In this document: positions 27,218 to 35,800 of the stretch, in pieces
How the letters are laid out: each line of letters starts with the position of its first letter
Position numbering within the stretch: position 1 is the stretch's first letter
Origin: a virus
Direction: 5' to 3' (one strand)
IMG/VR virus record: IMGVR_UViG_3300049734_000491
Location: 1 to 64,000 of that record
DNA length: 64,000 bases
The notes under the pieces: generated by a model
Seen by the model: only the letters and a program-made list of their open reading frames with translations
Database searches by the model: none
Told to the model about the DNA's origin: nothing
Translations under genes and position numbers: made by a program

Positions 27218-27439
27218 TCAGGGGAGCTCGTCCCAGGCCGCGAGCAGGGCGTCCACGGGGTACTCGACTCGGAAGTCGCCGACCACGATGTTCTCGCAGG
27301 TGGTCACTCGGACGATGTGGAAGCCGTCCTCGTAACCCACGAACGCTGCGTAGATGCTCACGAAGGTGGGGTCGGCGGGGACGTACTCCGTGGCCGAGAG
27401 GGGCAGGTGGGCGATTTCTTCGGCGTGGTCGATTGCCAT
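27218..27439 (-). CDS. Small acidic protein
   Basis: First gene of the leftward array. Confidence 0.55.
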   Translation of the reverse strand: MAIDHAEEIAHLPLSATEYVPADPTFVSIYAAFVGYEDGFHIVRVTTCENIVVGDFRVEYPVDALLAAWDELP

Positions 27440-27467
27440 CGGTCTCTTTCTTGGTCGGTGGTTAGGC

Positions 27468-27604
27468 CACCAAGGAGCTCAGGTCTGCAGCCCCGAGCGC
27501 CGTCCGAAGGAGAGCGGTGCAAACCACCGGCTTACGCACGACTCACCAGACACGATGCTGGAGGGGTGACAACCGTTTGCACTTCGGTCGGTTTTTCCTT
27601 GGTG
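27468..27604 (-). ncRNA. Structured 5' leader or ncRNA (about 135 nt)
   Basis: Starts near +1 of the promoter at 27610; closing stem CACCAAGGA/TCCTTGGTG; inner stem GTGCAAAC/GTTTGCAC. Confidence 0.5.
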
Positions 27605-27729
27605 AGAGCAGTATAGGGGATAGTTTTGAGGCTGTCAAGTCGGCAGGAGCTCTGACTCAACTAGGGGGGAATTTGTCGAGTTCGGGGCCATTCCGCCGTG
27701 AATTGGCTGGGATCGCTTATGCTTCCGCT

Positions 27730-28092
27730 GTGCCGTCCACAGTCCAGAGAGCTCTGCACCTCGTGCCGAAGCCAGAGCCAGAGCCGGCCCTCGAGCCCGT
27801 GAACCTGCGGGATGTGATGGAGTTGGCTGTCGGAGCTCTGGCTGTGTCCCGGATAGCTCGCCTCGTGGTTGACGACGAGATCTCGAAGCCCATCAGAGAA
27901 GCTGTCTCGAAGACCTGGCCGGGGAGCCCGCTCGAGACCTTGATCGGGTGCCGGGCCTGTGTTTCGGTGTGGGGAGCCGGCTTGGTTGTCGCCAACCTCG
28001 TTCCCCGGAAGGTCCGGCTGCTCCTAGCTCTGTCGGAGGTCGCCGTGATGGTGGAGCGGATGATCGATCGCCCGTCCACGAGGGAGTGGTGA
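27730..28092 (+). CDS. DUF1360-like membrane protein (leaderless), first gene of the head operon
   Basis: LAVSRIARLVVDDEI..PIRE...LIGCRACVSVW; TATGCT 6 nt before the GTG. Confidence 0.7.
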   Translation: MPSTVQRALHLVPKPEPEPALEPVNLRDVMELAVGALAVSRIARLVVDDEISKPIREAVSKTWPGSPLETLIGCRACVSVWGAGLVVANLVPRKVRLLLALSEVAVMVERMIDRPSTREW

Positions 28093-28093
28093 C

Positions 28094-29869
28094 GTGGGGA
28101 GATTCTTCCCAGACGAGGAGGAGCTCGAGCTGGTTCCCCGGGCCAACGGCGGCCAGCCGGCACCGGTCCTCGAGCCGAAGCCGGCTCAGGAGCAGCCCAG
28201 TCGGCGATTCCTTGAGGTCTCGAGGCGCCTCGAGTCGGTTGAGGCACTCCTGGCTGATGGTTGGGTGCCGGAGCACCTCAGACCGCCGCCGGCGAACGTT
28301 CCCCGGGCCTTCAACGCCTCGGCCGAGCGAATTTTTGCCGGCTCGAGCTCGGAACGGGTCGACAAACGAGAGCCGTCGGCCTGGCAGACCGCCGCCTGGC
28401 AGTTCGTGGACGCGATCGGCGAGGTGAAGTTCGCCAGTTCGGTCCTCGGCTCGATCCTCAGCCGAGTTCGGCTCTACGCCGGCGTCGTCGACGACATCCA
28501 GCGGAGCCCGGTGTCGGTGACGGTGTTCCTCGAGGAGTTGGATCCCGCAGCCGGCATTACCACGGGGGATGTGACCGCAGAGGCCTTGCGGTACGCGGAC
28601 GAGATCGTGTCCGACATCCGGGAGCAGGCGTACGGCGGCACCAGCACGCTGATGCGGAACATGGCCGTCAACATCTGGGTGGCGGGCGAGTTCTACCTGA
28701 TCCGGGACAACAAGTGGCGGGTCGCCTCGGTGTCCGAGCTGACCAAGGGCACCGGCAAGGACGCCAACTTCGAGCTGATCACCTCGAGGGGAGGCAAGAC
28801 GCCGAGGAAGCCGATCCCGGCTGACGCCTTCGTGGCCAGGATCTGGCGCAACCACTCGAGATGGTCCGGCGAGGCTGACTCCTCGATGCTGGGAGTTCTC
28901 GACCAATGTGAGGAGTTGGTTCTGCTCGAGCAGGCCAAGCGGGTCATCACTCGAAGCCGGCTGAACGCCGGAGCCTTGTTCGTCCCAGATGGTGTCGGCA
29001 CGGTCGACCTCGAGAAGTCGCTCTTCGAGGCAGCGAACGGGCCGATCCGGGACGAGTCGGCCGCCTCGACGATCGTGCCTCTCCTTCTCCAGGGGCCGGC
29101 TGAGCTGGGCAAGGAGATCAAGCTCATCGACCTGAGCCGGCGGGTGGACGAGAACGTCCTCGAGCAGGAGTCCCGGGTCATCGACCGGATGTTGTCCGGG
29201 CTCGACATCCCGAAGGAGTTCGTGACTGGGCTGTCCGGGGTGAAATTCGCCAACGCCGTCTCGATCGACGACGAGCTCTTCAGATCGCATGTGGAACCAC
29301 TGGCGCTACTGATCGTGGACAGCTTGACCCAGGTCGTGCTTCGGCCCTCGATGCGGGCCCGGGGAATCCCGGAAGAGGTCATCAACCAGTGCGTGGTCTG
29401 GTACGACCCGTCCACCGTGATCTCGAGGCCGGACAAGTCCCAGGCGGCCAACGACGGCTTCGACCGGAAGATCTTGTCTGCGAAGGCCTGGCGTTCAGCT
29501 CGAGGCTTCACCGAGTTCGACGCCCCGGACGAGGACGAGCTCATCCGCCGGCTCGCCCTCGAGAAGGCGATGATCCCGCCGGAGATGGCGACCGTGCTGG
29601 TCGAATCGTTGAACCCGCCGTTCTTCGCAGCTCAGCGGGCACATCAGCAGGAGTTGGCCGGGATGCCAGACGACATCAGCCAACTCCTCGAGGGTGGCAC
29701 CATGCCCAGCAATCCCGGGGAAAATCCTCCGCCGGCTCCGCCCGGGCCGCCGGGCCAGCCAGAGCCCGGGGATGAGATCCCGCCGGGCCGACCCGAGGCC
29801 AACCCGATGTTCCAGGGTGGGGAAATCCAGCCGGGCGGAGTCATGCCGCCCAGGCCGAGCAGAAGGTAG
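28094..29869 (+). CDS. Portal protein
   Basis: WQ..AWQF..IGEVKF, SRVRLYAG, RIWRNH...ADSSM, SRLNAGALFVP, VWYDPS; size and position fit actinophage portals. Confidence 0.8.
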   Translation: MGRFFPDEEELELVPRANGGQPAPVLEPKPAQEQPSRRFLEVSRRLESVEALLADGWVPEHLRPPPANVPRAFNASAERIFAGSSSERVDKREPSAWQTAAWQFVDAIGEVKFASSVLGSILSRVRLYAGVVDDIQRSPVSVTVFLEELDPAAGITTGDVTAEALRYADEIVSDIREQAYGGTSTLMRNMAVNIWVAGEFYLIRDNKWRVASVSELTKGTGKDANFELITSRGGKTPRKPIPADAFVARIWRNHSRWSGEADSSMLGVLDQCEELVLLEQAKRVITRSRLNAGALFVPDGVGTVDLEKSLFEAANGPIRDESAASTIVPLLLQGPAELGKEIKLIDLSRRVDENVLEQESRVIDRMLSGLDIPKEFVTGLSGVKFANAVSIDDELFRSHVEPLALLIVDSLTQVVLRPSMRARGIPEEVINQCVVWYDPSTVISRPDKSQAANDGFDRKILSAKAWRSARGFTEFDAPDEDELIRRLALEKAMIPPEMATVLVESLNPPFFAAQRAHQQELAGMPDDISQLLEGGTMPSNPGENPPPAPPGPPGQPEPGDEIPPGRPEANPMFQGGEIQPGGVMPPRPSRR

Positions 29870-29874
29870 GACCT

Positions 29875-32800
29875 GTGTTCACCACAGACGATCTGTACCA
29901 GAGGTGGCTGGATGAGCTCACCAGGCTCGACCGAGCTCCTGACCCAGTGATCCTGGCCGGGCTCGAGATGGTCGGCCGCCACCAGGGCATGGACATGTGC
30001 GACGAGCTCGAGACCCAGCAGCTCCTAGCTGACGATCCCGAGATCAAGGTCCTCGAGGCGAGCCGCATCAAAGATGGCTCGAGGGTCGAGTTCGAGCTGT
30101 GCGGCCAGGAGTTCAAGGGCATCGCCCGGGACTGGATGCGGAATCCGCTCGACCGCAACGATCCGCTCATCCAACTCGATGTGCACGGCACCACGATGCT
30201 GCTCCCGCAGTCCGACCTCGAGCTGAGCTACACAGGCCAGGAGCTCGGCGGTGAGCACGGCCAGACTCGTGAGCTCGATCCACGCCGGGGCGACATGACG
30301 ACCGACGTGTGGATCGTGGCTGAGAAATCCGGGGTTCTGAGCTCGGCCAACTACGGCTACCAGAAAGCTCTCCTCGAACAGTGGATCAGTTCGCTGGAGC
30401 GCCGGCTGCACCGGCTCGAGGAGTTCGAGTTCCAGGACGCCCAGCCAACTTTGGTCGCCGATGCCCTAGGTACCAGGCCGCTCGAGCGGGCGACCCGGGC
30501 CCGGGATGTGAAGCTCCTTGAGACGGCTCGAGACCTCCTGGCCAGCCAGGTTCTGAAGCGGTTCCTCGAGGACGGGCTTCTTTCAGCCGGCGGCCTTCAG
30601 TCCTTGGTGGCAGCTCGAAGGCCTCGTCTCAACATGCCTGATGTGCCGGGCGGCGGTGAGTTCTGGGATCCGGACCTGCATCCTCGTGACTCGAAGGGTC
30701 GCTTCATCGAGACCAACGGGATCGTGGAGTGGTTGGATCGCTTGGGCAACCGCCGCCGAGGTCGGGTCCTCGACATCGAGAAGAACCGAGGTGCCAGCCG
30801 AAATCGTGGCCTGAAGTCCAAGGTTCACATCCAGCCACTCGATCAGCGGGGCAACGCCATGGGGCGGCCCGAGGTCCACTGGCCGGCTGAGCTCACCGCC
30901 TCGAAACCGGTGAAGGCCGACCTCGAGGACCTGCTTCCAGGTCGGCGTGAGCGGATCGGGATGTTGCCTGAGGATGCTCGTGTTCGGCTTACTCCCGAAG
31001 GTCGAGGTCGGCTTCCTCAGGACTTCATCGACGAGGAGTTGTCGTCCAGTCCATTCGATCAGGACCAGGACATCTGGGGTGACGAAGCTCCTCAGCCGGG
31101 AATGGACCTCACACCCGAGCAGCTCAACGACCTCGAGCGAATCTTCGATGACGCCAACGGGGATGTGGTGACCCAGGCAGCTCAAGACCTCGAGGAGCCC
31201 AGGTCTCGCCGGCTCACCAGCGACTTCGATGAGCGTCCACCGATGACTCCGGAGAACTTCGAGGAGTGGAATCGGTATCTGGAGGAACGCCAGGCAGAGC
31301 TTCGTGCTCAGTCCGAGGACGTCGAAGGTCCGAAGATGACCCTCCCGCCGGAGATGAAGCCCCAGGTCGATGAGTTCATGAAGGACGCTGGCATCGTCCA
31401 GCAGATGGCGATGGACGACTTCGATCTGCCGGAGGACTACTTCGACGACTGGAAGAAGCCCGATCCAGATTTTGAGTTCGACCCGCAGTTCGATGTGCCG
31501 TACCCGGGCATCCTCCCGATACCGGGCGACCTCAATCCTGACCTCACGCCGCCAGGGCGGATCCCCGGGCGGCCCTACTTCCCGGACGAGAACATCATCC
31601 CCGGGCCGAGTGACGAGTTGCCGGAGTTCGAGGAGCCCGTCTACTCGATGACGATGAAGCAGATGCAGAAAGCTCTGCGCCGTCGTCAGGTCACCAGGGA
31701 GCAGTTCATCGCTTGGAATGACGCCCGCAAGGCATCGAAGCGGAACAAGAAGGGCAAGCCCATCCAGGGCTGGAGCCGGAACCCAGATGGCACGGAAGCC
31801 AGCTGGGAGGTCCCGGGCTTCATGCCGGGCCGGACCTACCAGGACAAGCCCGGAGCTCTCCGATCCTGGCTGGACAAGCGCCGAGGCCGGGACCAAGAAG
31901 GCGACCTCGAGCCACTCCAACTCATCGTCAACGATGACGGCAGCCTGAGCTTGAACCGGCCACTGACTCCCGAGGAGCGGGCCGACATGGAGGCCGCCTT
32001 CGAGGAGCAGAACATCCCAGCCCCGGACATCGACCCAGACGGCCGACTGGTCCCAGTGCCGGCTGAGCCAACTCCGGAGGCGGAGCCAGAGTCGGCAGCA
32101 CCTCCGCCGGCGCAGCCGGAGCTCCGTGCACCCGAAGCGCTGTCGCCCGAAGCCCAGGACCGTGTCGAGAACGAGCTCGATGCCTGGGAGGAGCGGATGA
32201 ACAACGCCGGGATGGAGGTCAGCAATGCCGACCTCGACCGGCACCGCAGGCGTCTCGAGGACCGAGAGCGCCGGCGGGCGGTAGGCCAGGGCGAGCAGAT
32301 CGTGGAGCAGGGGTCTCGAGAAGGTGACTGGGGACGACCGGCTCCTGGTGGCGAGCCGCTCTGGGTGCCACCCCAGGAGTGGGTCGAGGCCGAGCAAGAA
32401 CGACGTGGTCTTCGGGAGACCATCCTCTTCGACCCCGACCAAGCCAAGAAGTCCCAGGCGTTCTGGAGGAGCTACAACCACCCAGCCGGTTCCATCAAGT
32501 TCACCCCGCCGGCGGACCTCGACGAGATGGACCTCGACCGTCTCGAGGGTGAGATCGAGGATCTCCAGGAGGGACTCGACGACTTCGTCGAAGCTCGAGA
32601 CCGAGGTGATGTCGAGAATGCCCTTGCAGCTCTGAACAACGCCATCGAGTCTCGGGACAACATCCGTGCCCTGCGGGACGAGACCGAGAACATGCTCGAG
32701 GACACCTGGGACGACGGGGCCCTCGATGCGGACCTGGCCTGGATGGATGACGAGCGCAGCCAACTCGAGGCCGAGGTGGAGAAGATCCCAGACATCCGGC

Positions 32801-35800
32801 CCTACGTGGACGACTGGTCTGACCCAGATGCCTTGGACAAGGCCAGGAACAAGCGGGCTCAGGAGACCCTCGACACCTGGAGCCGGGAGGGCGTCTTCGA
32901 GATCCCGCCGGAGATCGACGACCGGTCCGGGAAGCTCAAGTATGAGTACCCGAGCGACGATGCCAATCGAGCTGTCCAGACCATCCAGGAGTTCCTGCCG
33001 ACCTACATGGAGTCGCTTCAGGATGATCCCGACCAGGCTCGAGGTGCTCTCCAGGAAATCCAGATGGCTCGAGACGACCTGCGTCGGCTCAGCCAGGAAT
33101 GGGCCGGCGGAGCTGATTGGCCTGAGGGGAACTCCGACCTGGCTGACCTCGACTGGGTGGACGACGAGTTGGCCCGACTCGATCAGCTCGTCGGCGGGCC
33201 CGGCGAATCGGATGTGATCAATCAAGGCGCCCTCGAGCCGGGAGAACCCGGGCGGCCCTACACGCCGGCTGAGTGGCCATCAGCCAGGCTCGATCCCGAA
33301 GCTGATCCCCAGGCGGCCGTTGCACAACTCGAGCAGCAGATCGAGAGCGTGCGTGGCCTGCGGGACAACATGCAGAGCTACTACGACAAGATGGCTGAGC
33401 GTGGTTGGGGCGGCGACACCCGTCGCCCGGGTCGATGGAATCGCCAGGACGCCCAGGGCAAGCTCGACATGTACAACCGCGAGCTGGCCGGCTACGAGGC
33501 GGAGTTGGCTGATCTTCAAGGGCGGTACCCAGAAGAAGGAGCACCGACAGCCGGTGTTCGTGGACTGACTCCGTCAGGCAAGACCAAACCAAAGGACGGT
33601 CGCTTCAGCCCAGAGGAGTGGGAGCAGGCCAAGATCGATCCCGAGACCGATCCCCAGGGTGCCCTCGACCAGGCCCAGTGGCAACTCGAGAAGTTGAACC
33701 AGTCCCTTCAGTTCATCCGCAAGCGCAGGAGCCAACTCCGACGGGACCGGGAGAGTCCCCAGTGGCCCAAGGCCGAGCGGGAACGCCTGGCTGAGATGCA
33801 GCAGGTGCGGGAGTACATGGCTGAGCTCAAGGCCAGGTACCCCGACCTCGAGCCCGACGCAGCCGGCTTTACGCCACCCGAACTCGAGGTGCCGGACTTC
33901 CAGGCACAGCAGCGCATCCTGCGGGAGTGGCGGGATGACATCGAACGGGTCGGCGGCTTCGCCGGCGGCAACTGGCACGCCAGCGAGTTCGGTGGCCGGG
34001 ACACCGTCAGGTACGACGGACCCGACGGCAGGACGTTCGAGTTCAGCCAACCGGACGGTGCCAACTGGGAGATCGCCGAGTTCGACCGGGACGGCAACCA
34101 CATCGCCACCTTCGACGTCGGTGACCGCAATCCGATCGAGGCGCTGGCCGAGGTCAGGCGGGGCGAGCTCGAACCGAACGTTCCAGGAGAGCCGCCGCGG
34201 GGTGCCGAGCCACGAAGCGTCGATGAGCGGATCGACGATGTCGAGGATCGCATCGGTCGAGTCATGGACGACATGAAGGTCGCCCAGGAGCGGTACAACG
34301 CCGACAAGTCCGACGAGAACAACACGGCGTACCAAGACCTGATCGACGAGTACTACCGGCTCGGTGACGAGCTCCGTGGTCTTCAGAACGAGCGGGCAGC
34401 TCAAGGACCACCGCAACCACCGGAGCCGTTCACCCCGACGCCGGCCGGGGAGCAGTTCAACACGGGGATGCCGCTCCTCGACCGCAACGCCAATCTCATC
34501 CATCGAGAGGACTGGCCGGGCAAGTTCCGTGGTACGGAGGTTGACGGAGTACCAACGATCGAATATACTGATCCAGACGGAACGATTTACGAGCTCCACG
34601 AACCGTCCCCCGGGGAATGGAGGGTGCGTTCCTACAGCCCCGATCGTCAGGAGCTCCTCGACACTTGGGACATCGATCGAGACGTCGCTGAGCCCTGGCA
34701 ATACTTCAAGTACGACATCCTCGGTGAGCCGGGTCGACCTGCTCCGGTAGCTCGAGACCGTGAGATGGGCGACGTCCTTGAGTTGCCTGAGCCGGCTTCG
34801 TATGAAGAGATGGTCCAGGGCTTCATCGACCGGGCCAAGGGTGGCGATACCGGAGCCATGAACGAGCTCCGGGACCGGCTGGTCGGCTCGAGGTGGAGCC
34901 AACTCGACGAGATCCGGGACCAGAACCTCGACCTGAACGAGGGGCCCGGGGCCTGGGACGGTGAGCTCGTCCGGGGCCGCAATGGCAAGTTCCTGGCCTA
35001 TGCTGTTCCTCGAGAAGGTGGCTTGGCTGACGGCGAACTCGAGACGTTCGACGACGAGACCAAGGCCAGGGAGTGGCTGGAAGGGAGGTTGGCTGATCGC
35101 CGCATCCCTTTCCTTAGTGGGCTCGAGCACAACCCGGACATGTTCGACGATGTCCCGGAGCCGGCCGAGCCCGAAGGAGACCAGGGCTGGTCAGGCCCAG
35201 ACAACCCGTTCGGGATGGCCCTCGACTTCTGGGACAACGTCGGCTCGCAGATCGGCCAGTGGGACGACTGGCCCGATTTCCAGGTCGTGCTCGATGACGA
35301 GGAGGGAGCAACTCCGTACCTCAAGATCCCACATGACCCGGGAGGTGGCTGGATCCCGAGCTTCCTCGATCGCCAGGTCGATCCCGAGACCGGGGAGATC
35401 CAGTACCGGGTCACCTACGGGCAGACCCCAGACGGGAAGCCGTACTGGCCGAGTGCTTCGACCAGGTCACATTCTGATCCTCTCGATGCGATCCGAGACC
35501 TGCGGGTTCGGAGTGGCAAGAGCACGGTGACCCCAGACGAAGCACCTGAAGTTCCCGAGCCCAGAGCTCCAAGACCCAGAGCTCCAGAGCCGGCTGAGGC
35601 ACCAGAGCCGGCTGAGGTGCCTGAAGCACCGACGCCCGAGGTGCCCGAACCCGAGCCCGAGGTCCTCGAGCCCGGGCCCGAAGCTCCCGGGCCGGCTGCA
35701 CCTGAAGAAGCCGAGGGTCCGCAGCTGCCGTCACCGATCCTGGCTGAGTTGGGCATCGACCCGGGCCGAGCTGGTCACATCCCGGTCATCGCCCAGCAGG

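Larger units (their letters stand above)
8043..27638 (-). promoter_or_regulatory. About 33 co-oriented sigma70/SigA-type promoters, many with CAA/CGA-rich leaders and an ACGAAAGG RBS
   Basis: -10 boxes (TATACT/TACACT/TATCAT/TATGCT and variants) read on + at 8043, 9370, 10914, 12887, 14025, 14592, 14679, 15062, 15260, 16531, 17215, 18115, 19429, 20110, 20381, 20898, 21222, 21545, 22034, 22456, 22728, 22970, 23185, 23345, 23676, 23957, 25330, 25591, 25840, 26348, 26703, 27170, 27610; nearly all have a TTGACA-like -35 at 17-18 bp. Confidence 0.9.

Noticed and set aside
8043-27638. Classical integron cassette array
   Set aside because: No consistent attC GTTRRRY/RYYYAAC boxes and no IntI in the window; cassettes carry their own promoters
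30583-35130. Long antisense ORFs (880 and 518 aa, and similar ones opposite other genes)
   Set aside because: Shadow frames typical of high-GC coding sequence
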